Assembly: GCA_024682655.1 (NCBI GenBank)
Contig: JAIKYZ010000027.1
Coordinates: forward strand, 1,071-65,070
DNA: 64,000 nucleotides
Direction of reading: 5' to 3'
Origin: Treponema sp.
GTDB lineage: Bacteria; Spirochaetota; Spirochaetia; Treponematales; Treponemataceae
Part shown: piece by piece, positions 39,733 through 49,349 of the stretch
Layout: every line of letters begins with the position of its first letter
How positions within the stretch are numbered: position 1 is the stretch's first letter
Translations under genes and position numbers: made by a program
Notes under the pieces: generated by a model
What the model was told of the DNA's origin: nothing
Databases searched by the model: none
The model's input: only the letters and a program-made list of their open reading frames with translations

Positions 39733-39775
39733 TGAAAGGCTGCTCATTTTGTTGAAGGGCAGCTTTTTCTTTTTT
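39733..39775 (+). terminator. terminator after rpmB
   Basis: AAAGGCTGCTC/GGGCAGCTTT stem plus T-run. Confidence 0.75.
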
Positions 39776-39799
39776 AAAGGCCTTTTTTTATTTTATGGC

Positions 39800-39902
39800 T
39801 TAGGGATTGGAGTGGCTTGTCCCAAAGGCCTGTCCTTTGGGATGGAGCGATAGCGGAACCACGGAAAGCCCGACCGCTTTAGCGGGAAGCTCCAAATTCT
39901 AA
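39800..39902. repeat. GC-rich branched palindromic element (REP-like)
   Basis: outer stem TTAGGGATTGGAG/CTCCAAATTCTAA; inner TCCCAAAGG/CCTTTGGGA and CCGCT/AGCGG hairpins. Confidence 0.65.
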
Positions 39903-40762
39903 ATCTTGATTAAAAGTCCATCCCAAGAAGGCATTACTTTTTTAGTGAGTTTTGGAAATTCTTTGAGGTGCTTTTTGATATACTTTTTTGTTGCCCTGTG
40001 GCCGTCGTGGTGGGTCATGTGGGTAAAATAAACTTTTTCTGCCCCGATTTTTTCTGCTGTCTGCATAGCTTGTAAATAATTAAAATGGGTTGAATGTTCT
40101 TTTACGCGAAGGGCATCGATTATAAGCACTTTGAGTTGTCCGCAATTTTTGTGAATTAAATCTATAGATTCCTGGCTGATGTAAGAGCAGTCTGTTAAAT
40201 AGGCAAGGGACTGGGATTTGCCATCTTTTTCTTCGGTTAAAAGCCAGCCCAGAGTTTCTAAATGACCGTGAAGCATTGGAATTGGTGTGATTTTTGTCTG
40301 GCCCAGGTAAAAACTTTCTTTTGCTTCTATCAAATTAACTTTTGCGTGTCCACCGCCTTCTTTTGGGGTAATAAAAAAATAGGAAAAACGGTTTTCTACA
40401 TCTTTGATTGTATTTTGGTTTGTGTAGATTGGAATTGGTTCTGCATCAAAAAAGTGGGCATTTGCTTCGGTCTTCTTAAAACAAACACTGGAATAGGAAC
40501 GTAAATCGTCAATTCCGTGAAGATGGTCGGCGTGACTGTGAGTTAAGAGAAGGGCATCTATTTTATTTACCTTATATTTTAAGGCCTGCAGACGAAATTC
40601 CGGGCCTATGTCTATAAGAATGTATTTATTATCTTTTGTAGTGATGTAAACTGAAGCCCGGTTTCTCTTATCCTTTGGGTTAAGTGACCGACAGACTTTA
40701 CAATTGCAGGCAATAACCGGAACCCCGTTACTTGTACCGCTTCCTAAAACTCTTAATTGCAT
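39899..40762 (-). CDS. PhnP-like metallo-beta-lactamase-fold hydrolase
   Basis: LGSGTSNGVP, THSHADHLHGIDDLR, YLTDC, FTHMTH; start reset to MQLRVLG. Confidence 0.9.
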   Translation of the reverse strand: MQLRVLGSGTSNGVPVIACNCKVCRSLNPKDKRNRASVYITTKDNKYILIDIGPEFRLQALKYKVNKIDALLLTHSHADHLHGIDDLRSYSSVCFKKTEANAHFFDAEPIPIYTNQNTIKDVENRFSYFFITPKEGGGHAKVNLIEAKESFYLGQTKITPIPMLHGHLETLGWLLTEEKDGKSQSLAYLTDCSYISQESIDLIHKNCGQLKVLIIDALRVKEHSTHFNYLQAMQTAEKIGAEKVYFTHMTHHDGHRATKKYIKKHLKEFPKLTKKVMPSWDGLLIKI

Positions 40763-40808
40763 GGGCTTATTATACTGATATTTGTATTGATGGAAAATAC
40801 AGTTTTTT

Positions 40809-40942
40809 ACAAACGGATTTGCTCGCATCTAACGATGCTCCCTTTTTTTTGGTGAATCCCGTTAGGGATGAACAAATCCGTTTGTGATGAAACCTAAAAA
40901 AGTGAATCCCGTTAGGGATGAACAAATCCGTTTGTGATGAAA
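40809..40942. repeat. two 41-bp direct repeats (40852-40892, 40902-40942) plus one inverted variant (40809-40838)
   Basis: GTGAATCCCGTTAGGGATGAACAAATCCGTTTGTGATGAAA twice, period 50 bp; inverted copy GCATCGTTAGATGCGAGCAAATCCGTTTGT. Confidence 0.92.
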
Positions 40943-41104
40943 TTGATTTAGATTAAAGTTTGAATTTGTTTTTTGTACAGTGTGAACAAAGATTCTTTTT
41001 TGTGTAATTTAATTGTTAATGTAAATCTTCAATTCTATTCCATAATAACTAAAATTATTCTAAAATAGTTTAATAATATTAAAAATGTTTAATAGGAGGA
41101 TACT

Positions 41105-42031
41105 TTGTCTGGTGGTTCAATGTTTTTACAACAGTTAATAAATGGATTGTCGCTGGGAAGCATCTACGCTCTTATAGCACTTGGTTATACAATGGTTTAC
41201 GGTATTGTAAAACTGATCAATTTTGCTCATGGCGATGTTATGATGATAGGTGCCTATGCGGGATATTTTGTTTTAATCAAAATGTGCAAAAATGGTAATG
41301 ATATTAACGTAACAGTATTTGGAATGATTTGCGCCTTCCTTGCTGCTATGGTTTTTTGTGCTTTACTTTCTTTGTTGATTGAACGCTTTGCTTATAGACC
41401 TTTAAGAAATGCACCACGTTTAAATTCTTTAATTACAGCCATTGCGGTTGAACTTATTTTACAGAATGTAATGCGTGTACTTCCTTTTGTTGGTCCAAAC
41501 CCTAAACAGTTCCCAACTATGCCTTTACAGAACTTTGGAATTGGTGCAACAGGAGTTTCAATTTCAAATCTTCAGTTGATAGTAATTGGTTCTTCAATTG
41601 TTCTGATGGTTATTTTGAATATTGTTGTAAACTACACAAAAACCGGAAAGGCCATGCGTGCAGTTTCTTATGATATGCAGGCCGCAAGTCTTATGGGTAT
41701 CTCTGTAAATAAAACAATTGCCATTACTTTTGTAATTGGTTCTATTTTAGCAGGTGCTGGTGGAATCTTATATGCAACAGCTTATCCTCAGATTGAACCT
41801 ACAATGGGTTATATGCCTGGTCTTAAGGCCTTTGTTGCGGCAGTTTTGGGTGGAATTGGTTCTATTCCAGGTGCCATGGTTGGTGGTGTTTTACTTGGGG
41901 TTGCAGAAACTCTTACAAAAGGTTTTATTTCATCTCAGTATGCTGATGCAATTTCTTTTGGTATTTTGATTGTGATTTTACTTGTTAAACCAACAGGTAT
42001 TTTTGGCAAAAAACGTACAGTTAAAGTTTAA
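41105..42031 (+). CDS. livH: branched-chain amino acid ABC transporter permease
   Basis: LINGLSLGSIYALIALG, NFAHG, AAVLGGIGS; TTG start after AGGAGG. Confidence 0.95.
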   Translation: MSGGSMFLQQLINGLSLGSIYALIALGYTMVYGIVKLINFAHGDVMMIGAYAGYFVLIKMCKNGNDINVTVFGMICAFLAAMVFCALLSLLIERFAYRPLRNAPRLNSLITAIAVELILQNVMRVLPFVGPNPKQFPTMPLQNFGIGATGVSISNLQLIVIGSSIVLMVILNIVVNYTKTGKAMRAVSYDMQAASLMGISVNKTIAITFVIGSILAGAGGILYATAYPQIEPTMGYMPGLKAFVAAVLGGIGSIPGAMVGGVLLGVAETLTKGFISSQYADAISFGILIVILLVKPTGIFGKKRTVKV

Positions 42032-42055
42032 GTAAAGGTAAAGGAGATTAATGTT

Positions 42056-43087
42056 ATGAAAAATAAGAACTTAAGAAATACATTGATTCTTGCAGCCTTT
42101 GCTTGTGCTGCAGTTGTTATTCCGGCAATTTTAATTAAATTCGAAGTATTAAATGCATATACCGCACAGATTATTACACTTGCTGGAATTAATGCCATTA
42201 TGGCTTTGAGCGTTAATATTATCTGTGGTATTACAGGTCAGCTTTCTTTGGGTCAAGCCGGATTTATGGCTATTGGTTGTTATGCCACAATTATTTTGAC
42301 TCAGGACTGCCATATTCCTCTTGTAATTAGTATTATTCTTGCAGCCCTTATTACTGCCCTCTTTGGATTTTTGATTGGTTTTCCAACTCTTAAATTGGAC
42401 GGGGACTATCTTGCAATTGTAACTCTGGGATTTGGCGAAATTATCCGTGTAGTTCTTGTAAATCTTAAGGGAATTACTGGTGGTCCAAACGGAAAGCAGT
42501 TTATTACCCCTTTAGCCTTTAATTCAACTCTGGCTTATTGTGTAATTATTGGAGTTCTGGTGGCAATTGTAATTTTACTGCAGAACTTTATTCGTTCAAC
42601 TTACGGTCGTGCAATTATTGCGGTTCGTGATGATGAAATTGCGGCTAATTCTTCAGGTATTCCAGTATTCAAATATAAGATGGTTGGATTTGTAATTGCT
42701 TCTTTTGTTGCAGGAATTGGCGGTGGTCTTTATTCATCTTTTATTGGATTTGTAAAACCAGAGCAGGCTTCCTTTAATAACTCAATCAATTATTTGATTT
42801 ACGTTGTACTTGGCGGTATGGGATCTACAACAGGTTCTATTCTTGCGGCCTTTGTTCTTACTTATTTACAGGAATTCTTAAGATTCTTAAAGAATTTCAG
42901 ACTTTTGATTTATCCTGTAATTTTGATTATTGTTATGCTTTTCCGTCCTCAGGGATTACTTGGTCACAAAGAAATGTCTTTTGTAGGCCTTGTTGACTGG
43001 TGCAAAAAATCAGAAAATTGGAAAAATCTTGGAAAAAATATAAAAGGTCTTTTTTCAAAAAAAAATAAAGAAGGAGGTTCAAAATAA
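42056..43087 (+). CDS. livM: branched-chain amino acid ABC transporter permease
   Basis: GQLSLGQAGF, GDYLAIVTLGFGEI, GRAIIAVRDDEIAA. Confidence 0.95.
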   Translation: MKNKNLRNTLILAAFACAAVVIPAILIKFEVLNAYTAQIITLAGINAIMALSVNIICGITGQLSLGQAGFMAIGCYATIILTQDCHIPLVISIILAALITALFGFLIGFPTLKLDGDYLAIVTLGFGEIIRVVLVNLKGITGGPNGKQFITPLAFNSTLAYCVIIGVLVAIVILLQNFIRSTYGRAIIAVRDDEIAANSSGIPVFKYKMVGFVIASFVAGIGGGLYSSFIGFVKPEQASFNNSINYLIYVVLGGMGSTTGSILAAFVLTYLQEFLRFLKNFRLLIYPVILIIVMLFRPQGLLGHKEMSFVGLVDWCKKSENWKNLGKNIKGLFSKKNKEGGSK

Positions 43088-43879
43088 ATGAGCGAAATAA
43101 AAACTGTCCTTCAGGCAAATGAAATCTCAATTGTTTTTGGTGGTCTTACCGCAGTTAGTCATTTTTCTTGTGAATTAAAAGAAGGTGAACTTGTTGGTTT
43201 GATTGGTCCAAATGGTGCTGGTAAAACAACTATTTTTAATATGTTGAGTGGGGTTTATACTCCAACTTCCGGTCAGATTACTTTTATGGACCGTAATGAT
43301 AAGGTTCGTATTATTAATAAAAAATCTCCAGCTCAATTAAATAAACTTGGAATTGCCAGAACTTTCCAGAACATTCGTTTGTTTAATTCTCAGACTGTTG
43401 CTGATAATGTTAGAATTGCTTTACATAATCAGAGAATTGTAAATCCTCTTGATGTTTTATTTAGAAGTCCAAAATTCCGACGTGATGAAAAATTAATGGA
43501 TGAAAAAGTAAATGAATTACTTGAAATCTTAAAAATCAGCAATAAAAAATATGAACTTGCTTCTAATCTTCCTTACGGAGAACAGAGAAAACTGGAAATT
43601 GCCCGCGCTTTAGCTTCTAATCCAAAAGTTTTATTATTGGATGAACCTGCCGCTGGTATGAATCCTCAGGAAACTGAAGAACTCCGTCAGATGATAGAAT
43701 TGATTCGCAAACATTTTAATTTGACTGTTTTGTTGATTGAACATGATATGAAATTTGTTATGCAGATTTGCGAAAGAATCATGGTTCTTGATTATGGTAG
43801 AATTATTGCAGAAGGTCTGCCAGAAGAAATCAAAAAGAATCCTGATGTTATCAAAGCTTATCTTGGAAGTGAAGCCTAA
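43088..43879 (+). CDS. livG: branched-chain amino acid ABC transporter ATPase
   Basis: GPNGAGKTT, ARTFQNIRLF, LPYGEQRKLEIARAL, LLLDEPAAG. Confidence 0.95.
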   Translation: MSEIKTVLQANEISIVFGGLTAVSHFSCELKEGELVGLIGPNGAGKTTIFNMLSGVYTPTSGQITFMDRNDKVRIINKKSPAQLNKLGIARTFQNIRLFNSQTVADNVRIALHNQRIVNPLDVLFRSPKFRRDEKLMDEKVNELLEILKISNKKYELASNLPYGEQRKLEIARALASNPKVLLLDEPAAGMNPQETEELRQMIELIRKHFNLTVLLIEHDMKFVMQICERIMVLDYGRIIAEGLPEEIKKNPDVIKAYLGSEA

Positions 43880-43889
43880 GGAGTCCGAA

Positions 43890-44597
43890 ATGTTGTTAAA
43901 AGTTGAAAATCTAACAGTAAATTACGGGGCAATTCGAGCTCTTAAAAATATTTCTTTTGAAGTTGATAAAGGTGAAATTATTACTTTGATTGGTTCAAAC
44001 GGAGCCGGTAAAACAACAACTTTACATTCAATTTCAAATATCATTAAAAAAGCAGAGGGTAAAATTACTTTTAACGGTCAGGATATTACAAATCTTGCTG
44101 CCGATAAAATTGTTACTCATCATTTAATTCAAGTTCCAGAGGGAAGACGTATTTTCCAGAATTTATCTGTAAAAGAAAATCTTGAATTAGGTGCTTTTCT
44201 CCGTAAGGATAAAAAGGGCATTCAATCTGATATGGAAAGGGTTTTTGAATACTTCCCAAGAATGAAAGAAAGAATTAAACAGAATGCCGGTACTCTTTCT
44301 GGTGGTGAGTTACAGATGCTGGCTATGGGGCGTGCTTTAATGGCTCAGCCAGAACTTTTATTACTTGATGAACCTTCAATGGGACTTGCACCTATTTTTG
44401 TTGATGAAATCTTTAATATTATTCAAAAAATTAATAATGATGGTACAACTATCCTTCTAGTTGAACAAAATGCTTTTAAAGCTTTGTCAATTGCTAATCG
44501 AGGGTATATACTTGAAACAGGAGAAATTACAAAGAGTGGTCCTGCTCAAGATTTAATTTCAGATCCTGCGATTAAGCAAGCTTATTTAGGAGGCTAA
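43890..44597 (+). CDS. livF: branched-chain amino acid ABC transporter ATPase
   Basis: GSNGAGKTT, QVPEGRRIF, LSGGELQM; start reset after SD AAGGAG. Confidence 0.95.
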   Translation: MLLKVENLTVNYGAIRALKNISFEVDKGEIITLIGSNGAGKTTTLHSISNIIKKAEGKITFNGQDITNLAADKIVTHHLIQVPEGRRIFQNLSVKENLELGAFLRKDKKGIQSDMERVFEYFPRMKERIKQNAGTLSGGELQMLAMGRALMAQPELLLLDEPSMGLAPIFVDEIFNIIQKINNDGTTILLVEQNAFKALSIANRGYILETGEITKSGPAQDLISDPAIKQAYLGG

Positions 44598-44599
44598 TT

Positions 44600-45244
44600 A
44601 TGATTATTAAAGATGTAATGACTAGAAATCCGATTTGTGTAGAAGTTGATACTTCAATTGTGAAGGCAAAAGAAATTTTAAAGAAAAATAATTTCAGTAA
44701 GCTTCCTGTTATTGATAAACAGAAAAAATTAGTTGGAATTATTACAAAGAATGATATTTCTAAAGTTTCGCCTTCTGATGCTACAACCTTGGATAAATAT
44801 GAAATTTCAGCTTTGCTGGATAAATTAACCTGTGGAAAATGTATGACAAAAGACGTTATTACAATTTCCGAAGATCAGGTAATTGAAGAAGCTGCAAGAA
44901 TTATGGTAGACAGCAATATTGGTTGTGTACCAGTTGTAAAAGATGACCTTGTAATTGGAATTGTTACCGAAAGTGATTTGTTCGAAATGTTTACAAATAT
45001 GTTCTGTGCCCGTATGAAGGGTGTTCGTGCAAATTTCCAGATGGCAGATAAACCAGGTTCACTTGCAGGCTTGTTTAGCAAAATTGCAGAATTGGGAGGA
45101 AACATTGTTTCCGTAGTTACTCGTGAATCAGAAAGTGCTGGAAACCGTAGAGTTACAATCAAAGTTCTTGATATTGAACTTGAACCAGTAAAGAAAATTC
45201 TTGAAGATTGCGGAGCAACAATCATAGATATACGTGTCGCATAA
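44600..45244 (+). CDS. CBS-pair plus ACT-domain protein (AcuB-like)
   Basis: two CBS repeats (LPVID, GIVTESD) and C-terminal DKPGSLA ACT motif. Confidence 0.85.
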   Translation: MIIKDVMTRNPICVEVDTSIVKAKEILKKNNFSKLPVIDKQKKLVGIITKNDISKVSPSDATTLDKYEISALLDKLTCGKCMTKDVITISEDQVIEEAARIMVDSNIGCVPVVKDDLVIGIVTESDLFEMFTNMFCARMKGVRANFQMADKPGSLAGLFSKIAELGGNIVSVVTRESESAGNRRVTIKVLDIELEPVKKILEDCGATIIDIRVA

Positions 45245-46712
45245 TTATTCTTCAGGCCAAGTAATTACCTATTTTTTGAAAAACGAAAAATCTGTTTTTA
45301 CTGCAAATGATTTTTGCAAATATCTTAAACGCTATGGGGTAAAAATTACTTTATCCCAGGCGACAGATTTACTTCGTTCTTCAAATATTATTTTTCCTCT
45401 TATAAACGACCAGTTCATTACCAGAGCCGGCGCCTTTACTAATAAATATTTTAGTTTTAAACCAAGTAAAGAAGAAGTAGAAAAAGGCTATTTTTTAATA
45501 GGCCACCGTGGAATGCCTTTTGTAAATCCTGAAATTAATCCGGATTCTTTTGGTGTTTACAGTGGAAATGGTGAATCTACTGTTATTCCTACAGGCGTAA
45601 CTTTTTCTATGAATCTTGCTATGGATGTTTTTGCCCTTTTTGGCGAAGGTTATGTACTTCCATATATTCTTAATGACAGAGCTAATAAGAATGTATCTTT
45701 ATCCTCTGTTCAGTATAATCTTCCAAGTCAGGTTACTTTAACTGCCTGGCCAATAAGTCAACTTAAGGGCGGTAAAAATTTTACCTATGGAGATAGAATT
45801 TTATGTAGGGTTATCGACTGGGAATCATCTTCAATTTCTATGTCGGTTTTAAAAAATGAATCTCAAAAAATGTCTATTTCAAAGGCTTCAATAGAAAGAG
45901 AAAACTGGTACTCTGCCTTTGAAGATGGTTTACTGCAGGGATTTGATAAGCATGGTCCAATGAATTCAATAGAAGAACAGCTGGCTCTTTTATTTTTGGA
46001 AAACCAGGAAAGTCTTATCATGAAAAACTGCGGTTCCTGCGAAGAATTTTTAAAACACACAAAAAAGATTGCATTTTCTTCTTATGGAGTTGAATCCAGA
46101 ATCTGGAAAAGTGGCCAGGACGTTCCTTATATTGGACAGTGGAATAAAGATTACAATAAGGAGTTGATTTTAGCAGATGTGACTGTAACTTTTACTCCTA
46201 CAATTGTTGATGCCTACCTTTTGGATTATATTGCGAATGATAAAAATAATAAAAAAGACGATGAAAGTTTTGAACTTCTTTTTGATAAAGTGATTCCAAG
46301 TGTTCTTAAAATGAACAGTCAAGAAAGGGAACTCGTTTTATTGAATATGAAAAAGCGTCATGATATACTGAAAAAGTCGTATAGTCAATTTTCAGATTAT
46401 AAGATAGCGCCTTTAAGACGGAGAATTCTTACTTTATTTTCCGATGTTAGTAAACTTTTGTGCGATATTGCTAATTCAGGAATAAAGGTAATTGATTTTC
46501 CTCAACAGGAACTGGTTGTACTTTCTCAGCTTTTTTCTCATACAGCAAGACTATTGGAAGAAGTAGTCGATTTTCCTGTAAAAGACCAGATACCACTTGA
46601 AGAACTTTCTTTATCCCTTGAAGGAATGGAAGAAACCTTTGATGGTATTAGGGGAATTCTAACAATGGAATTAGAAAAGAACAGGCGTAAAGGTTTTGAA
46701 ATTATTAGTTAA
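45234..46712 (+). CDS. hypothetical protein (492 aa)
   Basis: long ORF overlapping the upstream stop; no family recognised. Confidence 0.75.
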   Translation: MSHNYSSGQVITYFLKNEKSVFTANDFCKYLKRYGVKITLSQATDLLRSSNIIFPLINDQFITRAGAFTNKYFSFKPSKEEVEKGYFLIGHRGMPFVNPEINPDSFGVYSGNGESTVIPTGVTFSMNLAMDVFALFGEGYVLPYILNDRANKNVSLSSVQYNLPSQVTLTAWPISQLKGGKNFTYGDRILCRVIDWESSSISMSVLKNESQKMSISKASIERENWYSAFEDGLLQGFDKHGPMNSIEEQLALLFLENQESLIMKNCGSCEEFLKHTKKIAFSSYGVESRIWKSGQDVPYIGQWNKDYNKELILADVTVTFTPTIVDAYLLDYIANDKNNKKDDESFELLFDKVIPSVLKMNSQERELVLLNMKKRHDILKKSYSQFSDYKIAPLRRRILTLFSDVSKLLCDIANSGIKVIDFPQQELVVLSQLFSHTARLLEEVVDFPVKDQIPLEELSLSLEGMEETFDGIRGILTMELEKNRRKGFEIIS

Positions 46713-46752
46713 AAGTTAATAATATAATAAAGTTCTAGGAGATTGAGGAAAA

Positions 46753-47217
46753 ATGGAAAATGATGTAGATATTGCACAGTTGATTCATCAGGGTGGAATT
46801 ATTACCGATATGGAAGGGGATAATCCCAAAGAAATCTATGAAAAAGTATCAAAGATGATAAAATTACCCGATGGTATAACTTCTGAGCAAGTGTATAATG
46901 CATTGTGTGCTCGTGAAGATGTTCTTAGTACAGCAGTTGGTAACGGAATTGCTTTACCACATGCTCGTGCACCAATTATGAAGAGTGAAAAAGATCAGAA
47001 AATTGTTGTAGTTTATCTGAAAAAGCCTATGGAAATGCAGGCTCCTGATGAACGCCCAGTAACAACAATGTTTATTCTTCTTACCTATAATTCACAGGTA
47101 CATTTAAAAATTTTATCTACATTAGCTGGACTTTTTAGAAGTTTACGATTTAGAAAAGCTCTTGAAGATAAGGCTTCAGAACAAGTTCTTTCGGCTTTGA
47201 TAAAAGAATTAGACTAA
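46753..47217 (+). CDS. PTS EIIA (Fru/Mtl/Ntr-type) domain protein
   Basis: AREDVLSTAVGNGIALPHAR, HLKILSTLA. Confidence 0.9.
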   Translation: MENDVDIAQLIHQGGIITDMEGDNPKEIYEKVSKMIKLPDGITSEQVYNALCAREDVLSTAVGNGIALPHARAPIMKSEKDQKIVVVYLKKPMEMQAPDERPVTTMFILLTYNSQVHLKILSTLAGLFRSLRFRKALEDKASEQVLSALIKELD

Positions 47218-47255
47218 AGTTATATTTTTATTAATAGATTTACGAGGTATTAATT

Positions 47256-49232
47256 ATGGACAAAAAAGGTGTTGAGGCAGTTGCACTTTCAATTCGCAGC
47301 TTGTCAATGGACGCTATTCAGAAGGCAAATTCAGGTCACCCAGGCCTTCCACTTGGTGCAGCAGAAGCAGCTGCTCTTCTTTATGGTGAAATAATGAAAC
47401 ACAATCCTGCTAATTCAAAATGGGCTGATAGAGACCGTTTTATTCTTTCTGCAGGTCATGGATCTATGTTACTTTATTCAATCCTTCACTTGGCTGGATA
47501 TAAAGTTTCTATGGACGATATTAAGGACTTCCGTCAGGTAGGTTCAAAATGTCCAGGTCACCCAGAATATGGTGAAACAGACGGTGTTGAATGTACTGCT
47601 GGTCCTCTTGGTCAGGGTGTTTCAATGGCTGTTGGTATGGCAATGGCAGAATCTATGCTTGCTGCAAAATTCAATACAGCTAAACACACAATCGTAGATC
47701 ACTATACCTATTCATTAGTTGGTGAAGGTTGTTTACAGGAAGGTGTTGCTTCTGAAGCTTCTTCTTTGGCCGGAAACTTAAAACTTGGAAAATTAATCGT
47801 ATTCTACGATGAAAATAAAATCTCAATTGATGGTTGTACAGATATTACTTTCACTGATGATATTGCAAAACGCTACGAAGCTTATGGCTGGCAGGTTTTG
47901 CGCGGTGACATGTATGATGTAGAAGGAACTCTTGAACTTGTAAATAAAGCAAAAGCTAATAAAGATCAGCCTTCTTTGATTATGCTTAAATCAATTATCG
48001 GTAAGGGTGCTCCAAAAGAAGGTAAAGCTGATGTTCACGGGGCACCACTCGGAGCAGAAGGAATTATTGAAGCAAAGAAAAAACTTGGTCTTCCAACAGA
48101 TAAAGATTTTTATGTTCTTCCTGAAGCTTATAAATATTTTGAAGATAAAAAAGCATCTTTTGCTAAAGCTGAAGCTGACTGGAATGCTGAATTTGACGCT
48201 TGGGCTAAAGAAAATCCTGAACTTAAAAAAGAATGGGATGCATATCATGCTGACGGCGTAACAAACGCAGATGTAAAAGATGTTGAATATAAAGTAGGCG
48301 ATGCTTGTGCTACTCGTGATGCTTCTGGAAAAGCCTTAAATGTAATTGCAGCTCGTTATGGTAACTTGGTTGGTGGTTCTGCTGACCTTATGGGACCAAA
48401 TAAGACTGCTTTCAAAGATACAGATAATGGTACTTTCAGCCCAGCTAACCGCAAGGGTCGTACAATTGAATACGGTATCCGTGAATTTGCAATGTCTGCT
48501 GTTGCTGCTGGTATTTCTTTACACGGTGGTCTCCGTCCATTCTGTGCTACCTTCTTAGTATTTGCTGACTACTTAAGAGGTTCTTTAAGAGTTGTTTCTT
48601 TGATGAAACAGCCTGTAATTTATGTATTCACTCATGATTCAATCTACGTTGGTGAAGACGGACCTACACATCAGCCAATTGAAACTATGACTTCTTTGCG
48701 TGCAATTCCTGGAGTTCAGGCAATTCGTCCTGGTGACCCAGAAGAATCTATGGAAGCCTGGAAAATTGCTTATGCTTCTAAAGATCACCCAGTTTGTATG
48801 GCATTTACTCGTCAGGCACTTGCTGTTTACGAAAAAGCAGATAAAGACTGGAAAAAGAACATGGCAGAAAAAGGTGCTTATGTTGTAGCAGAAGGTTCTG
48901 CTAATCCTGATATTACAATCTTAGCTTCTGGTTCTGAAGTAAATATGGCTTTGGACGCTGTTAAACTTGTAAGTGGAAAAGCAATTCGTGTAGTTTCTGT
49001 TCCAGATTTAAAGAAATTCTCTGAACTTTCTAAGGCTGAACAGAATAAGATTATGGGAAATCCAAAACGCGTTGTTTGTACTGAAGCTGGTATTTCTATG
49101 GAATGGTTACAGTTTACAGATAAAGAAAACTGCTTCTGTATTGACCGCTTTGGTGCTTCTGGTCCAGCTAAAAAAGTTGCTGAATACCTTGGATTCACTG
49201 CTGAAGGTCTTTCAAAGTTACTTAATAAGTAA
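47256..49232 (+). CDS. tkt: transketolase
   Basis: SGHPG, RDRFILSAGHGSM, GPLGQG, EYGIREFAM, GEDGPTHQP. Confidence 0.98.
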   Translation: MDKKGVEAVALSIRSLSMDAIQKANSGHPGLPLGAAEAAALLYGEIMKHNPANSKWADRDRFILSAGHGSMLLYSILHLAGYKVSMDDIKDFRQVGSKCPGHPEYGETDGVECTAGPLGQGVSMAVGMAMAESMLAAKFNTAKHTIVDHYTYSLVGEGCLQEGVASEASSLAGNLKLGKLIVFYDENKISIDGCTDITFTDDIAKRYEAYGWQVLRGDMYDVEGTLELVNKAKANKDQPSLIMLKSIIGKGAPKEGKADVHGAPLGAEGIIEAKKKLGLPTDKDFYVLPEAYKYFEDKKASFAKAEADWNAEFDAWAKENPELKKEWDAYHADGVTNADVKDVEYKVGDACATRDASGKALNVIAARYGNLVGGSADLMGPNKTAFKDTDNGTFSPANRKGRTIEYGIREFAMSAVAAGISLHGGLRPFCATFLVFADYLRGSLRVVSLMKQPVIYVFTHDSIYVGEDGPTHQPIETMTSLRAIPGVQAIRPGDPEESMEAWKIAYASKDHPVCMAFTRQALAVYEKADKDWKKNMAEKGAYVVAEGSANPDITILASGSEVNMALDAVKLVSGKAIRVVSVPDLKKFSELSKAEQNKIMGNPKRVVCTEAGISMEWLQFTDKENCFCIDRFGASGPAKKVAEYLGFTAEGLSKLLNK

Positions 49233-49254
49233 TTTATTCTTTTTGATATAGAAT

Positions 49255-49303
49255 AAGGCGTTTATAAAAATCGTTATTACGAGATTTATAAACGCCTTTT
49301 TAT
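49255..49303 (+). terminator. terminator after tkt
   Basis: 14-bp stem AAGGCGTTTATAAA/TTTATAAACGCCTT plus T-run. Confidence 0.85.
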
Positions 49304-49349
49304 TTGCCTGTCATTTACAAAGCACTTATTTCTAATGTAAAATTACTAT

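Noticed and set aside
40852-40942. CRISPR array
   Set aside because: Only two direct repeats with a 9-bp spacer, no cas genes; reported as a structured repeat instead.
43755-43889. livG/livF frameshift or long overlap
   Set aside because: livG ends with TAA at 43879 and livF has its own SD and ATG at 43890.
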